A stretch of DNA of 63,810 nucleotides, filler included, from Craspedostauros australis (lineage: Eukaryota): assembly GCA_030167865.1 (NCBI GenBank). It is 6 parts of 6 records of this genome, joined end to end, with 100 filler letters (N's around TTAATTAATTAA, not from the genome) between each part and the next. Parts side by side here need not be neighbours in the genome. Positions count along the whole stretch, not along the records: positions 21,795 to 49,056 come from JALAGF010004487.1; 5 more parts are not named here. One strand, given 5' to 3'. The translations under genes and the position numbers were made by a program. The notes beneath the pieces are model-generated. The model saw only the letters and a program-made list of their open reading frames with translations, had not been told where the DNA came from and ran no database searches. This document shows positions 35,940-47,000 of this stretch, one piece after another. Position 1 is the first letter of the stretch, and every line of letters begins with the position of its first letter.

Positions 35940-38900
35940 CGTACGGGTCCTCAATTGTCGATGGTGTTGCTGCTCCCGCTGTTTTCTGTTTTGTACCAAT
36001 TGGCGTACCGGTGCGTGTTCGTCGATGTGGGAACCTTTCCTTTCTCGATGAGCATTGACATCGAAACAAGCATACACTGATTCTCAACAGTGTCTCCGAT
36101 GCGAATCCTTGAACCAAGACGCCGAAGATGTGTGCCCAGACACTCGTAGCACGGCAAGAGTATGGTACCAAGCAAGAGGCGACGTGGCCGCAGTACTCTT
36201 TTCTTTGTGTGATGTACGGTAGGAGTAGGGTTCCTAATACTCACACACGTACGCGTACTCGTAGGTATAGCAATGTGCTATTGTGTGACGAGTGAGCAAT
36301 GGTGCGTACAAGTATGTGTGGTATGGTGTGAAACGTGGTGGAAAGGGACGTTTGCGTACAGCACATTCAGGTGGCCAACCACCAGAAAATGGAGGAAACC
36401 GCGACAGGTTTGATGTTGGGATTGGATGTGCCCAAATCCGAATGCGAAGCACAAATAGTCGCCAAACCACACATACCAGTTGGCCCAGTGATGGAGTGTT
36501 TGTTCCACGGCATGTGAGTATTCGTGTGGCGTCATACATAAGAGATGGTCGCCATGCAAACGTTTGGATGAGAGAATGACGTAGGATAACGAGACCAGAT
36601 ACGATAAAGATGGAAAGAAAAAAGAAAGAACAGGATAACTGAATGAGATACCATTGGGAGGAGGGCGATGCCGCGAGGAACAAGCGGGCAAAACGAGAAC
36701 TTTTTGATGATGTGCATCTTGTGCGTGGTTGGCCGAAGTGCTTGTCTGGGGCGCTGGTATGCAGCCGCGAAGCATGTCTGGATAGTGACGGTGACGGGCT
36801 GCTGCGGGAGTGAGGCCTTCAGTGCACATGTCCTCTCCAGTGCTCTCCCACGGAAAGCAATGATGTTGTTTCCGCAAATCTGATCCATGCCGCGGTGCTG
36901 GCACACTCAGTTGTTCCTCTTTCGGATTCGTCCAAGCCTTCACAGAAACGCAAGCTTCGGAGATGAGTTGCTGTCCAGACATGTATGGTATGGTATGGTG
37001 TGGTATGGTACCATAATCAGTGAAGCCCCGCTCTCCCTTCCCAAGCAGCGCAACCGCGGTTTCAGACCCAAGCGACGTCTCGTTCCCAGCGCTCTGTCTG
37101 GCTATGGTCGGAGCATTGGGCTGGTCTGGTCGTAGCTCTCGGCGCGATGCGTTGCATTTCGTCGGGCCTGGACTCGCGAGTACTCTCTTCAAAGTGGTTC
37201 TGCCGTGTGCCTTGATGTATCTTCGCTTGTTTGGGAAATTGGTTGCAACCGCCGGGGGTCATCGTTCGTGCTGTGCCATCCTCGTATCCAAGCCCCAATT
37301 CCATCACCGTTCGCACAATCTCTCACCCTTCATCCTCTACTTCTTGCGTATCGGTATGAAGGTGGGCCACCCTGCGCGATGGCTTCTGATCTCCGACCTC
37401 TGTCAGCCATTGAAGCGTGTTCGCACGTGGCGGCCATGGCGAGGATGGACTGGACGACTTTGATGGGTGCGCGGTACCAATGCCATCATCGATGCGCGCC
37501 ATTATCACGCGGCCATCGCCGTCACCAAGAGCACTGCCATCATTATCCAAAGGATTCAAACGCTTCAAAGCAACAACACAATCAGCACATGCGTTCCCAG
37601 CACCGACCCCATGACGTACCACGTGACCCTCTGCGCACTGTCGTTCGCTTTCCTCTCTCCGAGTTCAGCCCAAGAGATGAGACTTTGCAACGCCCGCCAC
37701 CAAGAAGCTTGTGTCGTGTTCTGCTCCTGCTCCTGCTCTCCCAAACTTTGCTTCCACTAGACTCGCTTGGTTGGTTCTTTGAATCCTTTTCGGCTCCTGC
37801 ACAGGCTGTGTGTGACCAACGGTGTTGGTACGAGTGTGGCGATCTTGGTATTAGTATGCGGTTCCGGAGATGTGAAGGGGAGGAAGGGACCAACCAGGCG
37901 GTCGTCAGCATCAGGGGACGAGCAGTTTTCTTGTTTACTTGTTTGCTTGCTTGCTTGCTTGTTTGTTTTGCTTGCTTCCTTGTTTGTTTTGCTTGCTTCC
38001 TTGTTTGTGTTCCTTTTGTTGTGCCTTTGCTGTCATGTCAAGTGTCAAGTACTGTAACTGCATGGATTTGGTCGTGTTCCAACTGTGCATCAACAACCAC
38101 ATTCTTACTGCCAGAAAAACAGGACTACGCCTACGGTCGTACCTTGTGGCTGGTGAGTTACGAGCACAAGTACGGTTCAAGTACGGATAATTACGAATGC
38201 AAGCACCATCCTGGGAAATAACGTGAAAAGCAGCGACAAACTGGGAAAAAACATCTTAAGTACAAGGCTGGGGAGTATGATGCCCAATTATACCCTACTC
38301 GTACGCAACCTTGCATCCTTGGTCTATTCGTGTGCACATATCGGATTTGTCACGCCAAGAATGTCATCAACCTCGCCGAATTTGCCTTCGCCAGATGACT
38401 TTATCGATGTCCGAGTAGTCTTCAGTTGATACAAATGAAGGAGGCCACGAAATCGCAATTTCCTGCCACAGTGCATGTGGGTGTGGCTTGTATGAACACT
38501 TTGGACATCCGTGTCCACATCCAGATAAGCCCCATCTTCCGACTTCTCCCATTCAGCAACAAGTCTTTTTCGCCTTAACGGCGAAGAAGCAACACTTCCA
38601 CCACAATTCGGCGAACCGATCTGATGGGCGAACAGACCAAGAACGACCACTTCACACCTTCAGTCTTTAGTTTCGTAGACAGGCGCACGTGTATAGAAAA
38701 ACACGTCGACTCAGACCAGAGATGGAAAATGGAGACTCTGCACGACAAGAGTGCGAGTTGACTTGCCTTCAAGATGCTCTGGGTGTGAGCACTGTTGCTA
38801 GTACCACTCATACGAGTATGGTATGCCAGCGTGCTGTTCAGCATCGCCGTTGCTGTGTTGTCCCAGTCAGCGATAAATAATAGAAATTGAATTCCTTGGT

Positions 38901-39764
38901 CATTGTTCCATTCATATTTGTTCGCAGTCCGCGTGCGCAATAGTCCTCGAGTACTCTGCGCTGAGAACATGGCTCTCTGGCGGTTCTGCTGCGGTGACCT
39001 TTCCACGAGGTTGACGTAGTAGTGCATCCTTTCTACTTCGCGCATTGAAGGATGTTTGGTGGCTCCTACTTTTGGATGCAACGGTTTGGTAGCACCCCAT
39101 GAACACGACATGTGCGATTGGCAGCTGGTTGGCATCGCTGCTTGTGATGGGATCCATCTGCTGGGCGTTCCATCTTGCCCAATCTCAACGCATCGGATGC
39201 TTGATGGACTCGTGTTGGCAGTCGTGCATTGTGCAGCAAGCAAAGAGATAGCGCTGGTGTTGATGTGCCCGTTCTTTCCATGACGAAAGTCATCAGAAAA
39301 CTTCGCAGTTCTCGCAGTTCCCGCAATCTCGCTGCAGATATCCCTCTTGCTGCCGCATCCCGTCGTCGCTGCATCGCATTCGTGATCTCCCTCTCTCTCT
39401 CTCTCTGCGTCTTTCTTTCTCCTGGGCACGAGGACTGACCCGCTTGTACACACCCAACAAATCACAACACGAAAGAACTTTGGGAACAGATTTCGCCTTT
39501 TTCTAATCACGTTTTCGATTCAATCGTGAATGAGCGTCTTGGTCAGAAATCAAGATTCCAAATCCCCGAAACGCAAAACACGACAAGCAGGACAGACACA
39601 TCCTCTGTCATCCACCATCTGCCAAACCACTGCACCCGCGTATTGACATACGCGTACGAGCGCCGTAGATCCTCTGCCAACAAATTACTCACGTACTCTG
39701 CCTCATCCACTATTATACTTCTACCAAACGAATCGTCACACCACGTGAGGAAAGGAGTACGAAC

Positions 39765-41117
39765 ATGAAACAGCAACAGCAGCACCACCATGCAAGACGA
39801 ATGAACGGATCACAAGTGAAGGACTCCTGCAGAAGTCATGCAAGAAGAGGCAGCAACCGAACTCGCGTTCCTGGCCGAGCATCTTCTGCTTTGCCATCAC
39901 GCTGGCTGCTTCTCTGTATCCTGTGCATCACCCGCTCGATGACGCTGCAGTCCAATGCCGCGATCGCCGTCGATGCTGCTGCCTTCTCACCCATCCGACC
40001 ATCACCACAAAGACGGGTGGTTGCAAGAATGCGAAGGTACAACTGGATCGTGTTGTTTCCCAGCAGTGGACTCGCCTGGTTTGGACGAGGACGCTGCTTG
40101 GCTCTGGTGACAACTAGCAACTTAGGAATGCATTGTAACTGTGNNNNNNNNNNNNNNNNNNNNNNNNNNNNGATGTTGCTTCATTGAGTTGCTTGGCATT
40201 CGCGTTGCTATCTGAAGTTTCTCCTCTTTTGGTTTGAATGTATCGTGCATCCGTGTCATTGGTAGGCAGGACCGTTTGAACCAATCATGCCTCTCTTCCA
40301 GGATCCGATTTGAAGTAGTATACTGTGCGGGGCGGTAGAGCTATGCTTCTGGGATCCTTCTCAGTCTCGGATACGATCGTGTCACATGTCTGACTCTCGG
40401 ATACCTTCGAGTCGATCGATTCGTGTCTTGGATACCAACTGAGTCCCGTATGTGATTCTCGGATACCATATTATCCCACAGATCGGTGATTTGTGGGAGG
40501 AGGTCATTGAATTCAGCACGTACGGTCCCGCCGAACGCAGGATGCTCAAGGCGCAGCGCGAAGCCAGAGCAAAGGCGGAAGTCAGCAATAGCGTCAAGAA
40601 TAGCGATGGTGAGACGGACATATCCGCGCAAGCGTTTGCCAAGATCAAGAAGGCGACCGTTGCGAAGACACAAGGCAACGCCAATTCCACCCCCATCACG
40701 TTGGAGGCCTTCCAAAAGGTCGCTGCCGCCATTCCGTCTGTCGATGGATCCGTTGCTCCTGAAAGCACGGAAGACGACAAACCCAGCATCGACGGATACG
40801 AGCTGCGCGATATTCTCGTGGCGAAATGGAACGTGCCGGTGGATATTGACTTTCAACGCGGGTACGATGGCGGCACAGTGTACTGCACGGCGCTGCCGGT
40901 CGCATTCGGTTCTCGTAAATGCCGCCACGTGACGGAGCTGGACTACCTCATGCACCTCCAAGCAGTCGTGGAAGTACTGCATCGCTACAACAACCTCGAT
41001 GGCTTCTTGGCGTTCATCCAAACAACGACGAGGACTCCGAAACCAGGCACAGACTCCGTACCGTATCGCATGGAACTTGATGCTGATGATCTGGGCAAGA
41101 TCTTGGCGCTATCGTAA
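39765..41117 (+). CDS. DUF3067-like plastid-targeted protein; main exon 40482-41117, 5' exon(s) uncertain
   Basis: IDGYELRDILVAKW...TELDYLMHLQAVVEVL...TTRTPKPG..SVP resembles DUF3067. The upstream ORF has a hydrophobic stretch ending AAA-F. An assembly gap lies in the putative intron. Confidence 0.7.
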
Positions 41118-41839
41118 GCTTTGGTGTGCGTTGTCAAAGCACGATATTGGCATCCCCTCCAGAGCCCTCCCTCTGTTCGTTGGTACGAGTATGCGTCATC
41201 CGATTCGATTTAAACAGGCTGTATCCTTTGATTCAGGTCTCGGTTCGATCAAAGAGAAAGAGAAAGAAACAGACGAGCAATTGGATGCAGAATCTTTGGG
41301 TGGGGACCCACTATGTACGTCTGGGTTGACGCGGAAGTCCAACTACATAGTCCTGCCCTCCAAAAACTGAACAATGCTATTCTTACATTCCGCTTTGCTT
41401 GCGAAAGACATTCAAATGATGGACCTGATCAACATGCCCATCGAGCGTCCCAGTAGTGTTATCAACCATGAATTGGCGAATGGCGTCGTCGCTGTTGTGC
41501 TGCCTGTTTGTCCTCATTCCATGCGGAAGGGCACTCCGCAGCTTACGGCGCCCAATCCATTCGCCAGAAGGCCACGACGTCATTCACACTGCTGAGATCA
41601 TTCGATTCGGTCGAGGAGGCATCGGTGGAGCGAGATCCAACGAGGGATGTGCAATTGGATCATCAGTCCACCTTTCCATCATTCAATTTCGTTTACGACG
41701 AGATGATCCTTGCATGTATCTGCGTATTTTCATCCTCGTCGTGAGTTCAGTGCAGCGAACCTCACCAGTCCGCGGTGGATTCTATCACCAGTTGGCAACC
41801 AGCAGCAATATTGAAAAAGCTGCTGACACGTTCTGCCTT

Positions 41840-42655
41840 TTACAGTTCGCACGAAGCTTGATCAAATGGATGTTCCGTGGTTTCGTCGCTGCATGTATCG
41901 TCTGTCTGATTCTCATGGTTGTTGGTTTCTTCAATACGCTCCTCCATTGACTGCTGCTGTTGCTCTTGCTGTAGTTGTTGTTGCTTCTCACCTTCCTGCC
42001 GTATTTCCTCCGTCCGCCTGTTTTGCTCACGCTTGGCCTGCTGCTGTGCTTGCCTTTCCTTCTTCTTTGCATGACGCTCCTTCACGCCCTCCAGGTACAA
42101 TCGATCCTCCTCCCTCTTCTGCAACTTGAGCTGATTGATTTCCTCCTTGCTCTTGCGAACAAACCCTTTCGCGACCATGAGATCGTGCATTTCCTTGGTG
42201 GTTTTGAGATCAGAGAGTCGGATGTTCTCAGCGAAGGATTCCCTCGTTCTCGTGGTTTGTATCGATGATGCGGTCTCATGTGCAGCCACCTCCGCGACGA
42301 TGGGAACACCACCTTCCTCCGCTGGTTGCGCAACCACCGCAATGCGTTCAACTTCTTCCTCGATGGTCCGAAAGATCTTGAGTGTCGCTTGACGCCCATG
42401 GATGAACTGAACAGTCACGTTGTGATACGATTCGGCACCATCCCATTTTGTGACGAATCGTTTCAGCTGTGGCTGCTTCTTCAAGGATCACCCACGGCAG
42501 GATTGGATGAGGCCGCGGACGCTTTGCACCACTTCTTCGCTGTGGTTGTCATTAATGTGCGCCAGCGATGCATGCGATGGAACAAGGAGACCGGCACCGA
42601 CCAGTAAGCTGATCAGCAAGGTGGATAGAACACGAGTGAAGTGGCGTCTCATCAT
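41840..42655 (-). CDS. Selenoprotein, SelM/SelF (Sep15) family; Sec UGA at 42490-42488; 271 aa
   Basis: Signal peptide, then GLIQSCRG-UGA-SLKKQPQLKRFV in one frame (CxxU). Continues YHNVTVQFIHGRQATL...I.LS...EMHDLMVAKGF and ends in ER-retention-like SCEL. Confidence 0.9.
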
Positions 42656-43398
42656 GACTGCCAATGGGTGAATTAGTTTGTCGTATGATGAAACAAGCGA
42701 GGGTGGATGGAGCGGCTGTCGTATTATATGATGTAATGCTCTCCTTTTCCCTGTGTCTTTGCGTTGTCTTCTCTTGGCTTCTTCTTTCGCTTTGGCTGTT
42801 GGTAACTCGCGATGATGCCCTCCCTTGTCCTTCCCTCCGTTGCTCTCCGCCACGGGTCGATGGTGACTGTGCGAGGATGGTTTCTCGAAGAATTTGAAGT
42901 TTGGTTTGCCAATCATGTTTTGGCGGCAAATTTCAAATGTGAATTGTCGGTTCGTGTTGGTCGGAGACAATGGCATTGTTTTGGTCCAGTAGGTCGAAAA
43001 TTGTTTGTCTCAAAATGTGACACCAACATGACGAAAACACGTTTTGTGATCAACACGACCACACCAGTCCCGAAATTCTCTGTGCAGTCTTTGGACCACA
43101 AGAACAGCAGAGAAGAACGCAAACCAGTCGACGCGCAAAACTGCACAGACGGAAATCACTCACACAAAAATGGTGAAAACGACACCAAACACGATGACGA
43201 TCGAACACACTCCGACGCCTGAGCAGGAGGGTGAGGTGCCTCTTCTCTCTCTCCCTCTCTCTTGCGGTCTCCTCACATCCATCTGATCATAAAACCAGCA
43301 CCTCAACAGCCTTGACACATTCACATCTTCACACTCAAGCCAACTCAAATCAACTCAAATCAACTCAACCAAAACCAACACAGCACAACATATTCAAC

Positions 43399-43806
43399 AT
43401 GTCTTCCAACTCCACACGCAATCCAAGCATGATGCTCATCGTCCTCGCGATCATCGCGATGATTCAATCGACGTCGGCATGGTCCATCGGTCCTTTCGCG
43501 ATGAGCGTTCCCATCGTCAAGCCAAGATCAACAATGACAGCAACAGGCACAGCGACAGGGGGTTTGCCAATTGCATCGGCATTCATGCCAACAGGCGTCA
43601 CAGCTGATCTTCTGGACTCCGAATCCGTGGTTGCCAATGCCAGAATGCAGCCAACGCAGCTCCCCAGCCAACTGTCAGCATCGGGATCGGCAGTTGCTCC
43701 CGAGATCGTGGTGGATGCGACGTCCTTCACATTGGACGATTCATTCCGATCGTCGACTGTCGATATGCTGTATCACCAATCCATGCAGCGAGCTGGTTTG
43801 GAGTGA
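43399..43806 (+). CDS. Small secreted or plastid-targeted protein of unknown function (135 aa)
   Basis: ATG after a CAA-rich leader; signal peptide ending TSA-W. Confidence 0.7.
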   Translation: MSSNSTRNPSMMLIVLAIIAMIQSTSAWSIGPFAMSVPIVKPRSTMTATGTATGGLPIASAFMPTGVTADLLDSESVVANARMQPTQLPSQLSASGSAVAPEIVVDATSFTLDDSFRSSTVDMLYHQSMQRAGLE

Positions 43807-44045
43807 ACGTTATCGTGAACGCAACTGCGGACAGAGAGAGAGAGAGAGTCGATCTTCTATTCCAGGATGAACCCTTCGAATCATCCAATTTTCAACACTT
43901 GCAATCAGGAGCAACTTGTGTTCCTCGACAAGGAGTGCCATCACTGCACCATACAAAACAGAATAGACTTAACATACACTACAATAGAATACAATGAGTA
44001 CACGACACAATCCAATCTTATGCGATGTCCTTATTATCGACTTGC

Positions 44046-47000
44046 TCAGTGCATGAATGTGGACTCGAACATGTCTTCGCTGCAGTCCGCGTATCCTTGG
44101 ATGAGCTCCATGTTCGTACTAAACCGCTGTTGCCGCAATGGTTGCTGCAGCTCTTGGTATTGATGCGGATAGTGAGCTTCCTCTGGCTCATCTTCTGCAT
44201 TTCTGTAGCTGTTGTGGATGGCGTCGTGGGTATCGTTATCTGGCTGGGTATACAATGGCGCATCTTCACGCACATATGCCGTCCCGTTGACATCGTCCAC
44301 CAGCATGCCATCGTTGTCGTCGTCACCGTTATAGCCATGATCATTCAATTGCGAGGTCTCCTCAGTTGCTTTCTCATCGTCCACATTCGCTTGATCGTCG
44401 CTTGCCTCCTCCAGCATGTCGTCAGAACCATTGGATTCAATGTTCATGGCGGAGGCAGTCGTTGTAGAAACATCTGCGATCGCTTCGTGACGTGCTTCCT
44501 CTTCCGCTTGTGAGAAAACTGCCAACCAATTCTGCTGCAGCTCGTCGTGCTGTCTCCCTTCTGGCATGATTTCCATCTCTTGAGACAGATCGCCGCTGTT
44601 GTTCGATGTTGTCTCTGTTTTGTTTACCATGGTGGCCACCTTGGCAGAGTTGAAGATGGCAGCTTGTGCCTCATGTTGATGATGGTGTGCCTCCGGCTGT
44701 TGCTGTTGGTGAGAATCACCTGCTGATTTTGGGACGCATGCACCTGTTTGTGGTGGAGGCACAGGGTCGGTCCGAACCTTGGAATCGGGCGCCATTTCGG
44801 TTTCAGCGACGTGTGCTTCATCTTGGGACGCACTTGCTGCAGATGCTGCTGCTGCTTCCACCAACGCTTCCAGTGTTGCGGGAGGCCGACTTGCGGCTGG
44901 GATGTCGTTGGCGATCGCTCCGTTCTTCACGATGCTCACGCTGTCACTTATGCCCACCGTTGCTGCAGCGTCAGCGATCCTGTTACGTTTGCTTGCCTTA
45001 TCATCCACAGTGCTCACAGCTTCGCTTATGTCCTCATTCGCATTTGCGGTGAAAGTTGTCGCTTCATTGTCTCCAGCCACCGGCGCGCTGGTCTGTTCGA
45101 TGGTTTCAGTGATTGTCGCGACATCGCCCCCGTTCATGTCAACACGGTGCTCACCCGTCATGCCTATGCCCTCATCGTTCCCATTCCCGTTGCCGCTGTC
45201 TTGTTCAGCAGTTTGCCGGTCAGTGGAAGCGTTCGTTGACGCAGTCGCGACATGATCGTCACCGCTTTCATCAATCTCTCCTTCCTCTTCATTCTCGCTA
45301 CTGCTCTCACTGTTGCCATTGCCATTGCCATTGCCATTGTCTTCGCTATCGGCATTGCCAGTGTCAACAGCAGCGTCAACTTCACCCTCCTCTGCGGCGC
45401 TGTCGCCATCGCCTTCGTCATCGTCCATGACGGGAAAGAATTGGAAGGTGGGAAGTTCGTCGTCACATTCTGCCGCCCACAGCTGCAATGATCTTACCTC
45501 ATCTTCGCTCAGTGGAGACCGGCGATGATCTCGTCGCTTGCGTCGCCTTAACGACTGTTGGTCATCGGCGTATCCCAACTTCGCCATGTCGTCCAGGTTT
45601 CGAATGTGGTATCTCACGCCTGATAGGCATCTCAGGAAGCTCAGCCCTTCGATTTCCTGGATGCCGGCATCATTCGAATTCGAATCCGTGTTGGCGACAC
45701 TGGGGAAGTAATAGCGAATGCCATCCTTCCGGAAACCGCTCTTCTTCAGCATCGTCTCCGCTTCTTCATCCGTGATCGGGGCGTACGAGAGTCTGGGAAT
45801 GTCCCAACTCTTAATGTTCGCGAACATGATCCACCTCTTGAGATCGGTTTGTTCATCTGCGGTCAGCCTGTAGAGATTGTCTTGGTAGAGAGGAATACCC
45901 TCTCGGCACAGGAATTTGCGAAGAGCGTTGATGCTCTCGAATCGGTCCAGGTGCGACATGTTGGCAGACGTCTCTCCCGGGAGCCGGTACGTGCCGCTGT
46001 ACGTGCATCCGCACTTCATGAGCAGATTCCAAGCCACGGATGTTGTTACCAGCGGCTCGAATGGAATCGTTCCTTGTGGGAAGTCGTCTGAAGTTGCCGA
46101 TGCGTCAGCTTCGATCTCGATCTGACCTTCAGATTCGGATTCAACCTCTATCTCAGTGTTTGTCTCACTTTTCATGGAGGCATCACCATCACAACCGCCC
46201 GTACCATGCTTGCTTCCGCTGACAGCATGATGCGAGTGTTGGCTGTCGATCTTTACACCACTAGCTGCTTCACGATTGTTGTCGCGACTACCTCCACTGT
46301 TGGTGCCATCATCGTCGACAGGCAACCCATTCATCGCGGTGTTCTGTTCTCCCTCCTCCTCTCTCTGCAATTCCACACCGTCTACGAGGTTAACCGCCTC
46401 ATTCTCTTCTTCCTGTTCTTTGCCGTCGCTACCATCAGCGGCATCCTTGCTTTTCTTGTGGGACGGGTTGAGGATATGCAGTGTTTCCCACTGCGCACTT
46501 CCATTTTCCAATTCACTCACTTCGATGTCCTCGTAGGACTTGTCCATTTCGGCGTGATCACTTTCTGGGTCGTCACCGTAGGTTGGAATCGGCGCTCTTG
46601 AGGTTGCCAGCCACAATCGCAGGGCCAGCTCCTCGCCATCATTCAGAATCTGTTTGATTTTGGTGGTTGCTCGTCGTGCCTTGCGTCCGGTTCGGGAGGA
46701 GGTGGTGTTCTGTTCGGAGCACGCCTCCTGAAGGTCTGGAATGCCCCGCAGGTACCGTCGCAGATGCTTCAGGCTGACGAATTGCTTGAGCGGCAGCCCG
46801 CTCTGCGGTGGCGCAGTGATCATGCCTGTCCGCGGAGCTTTCTGGAACCCATACTTTTGCAACAACCCCCAGGCTTCCTTGGAAGTCAGCAGCCTCGTAT
46901 CCAGCTTCTGTGCGAGCCAGGCCGACTTGGGATCGTTGCTGTGCCGCGCAAGAAGCTCAACGATGCACCGCGTGCGCTCGTCCAGTTCCTCCACATTGGG

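Noticed and set aside
36278..39510. ORFs of 300-340 aa on both strands
   Set aside because: Low-complexity, microsatellite-containing, Cys/Arg-rich translations typical of non-coding DNA.
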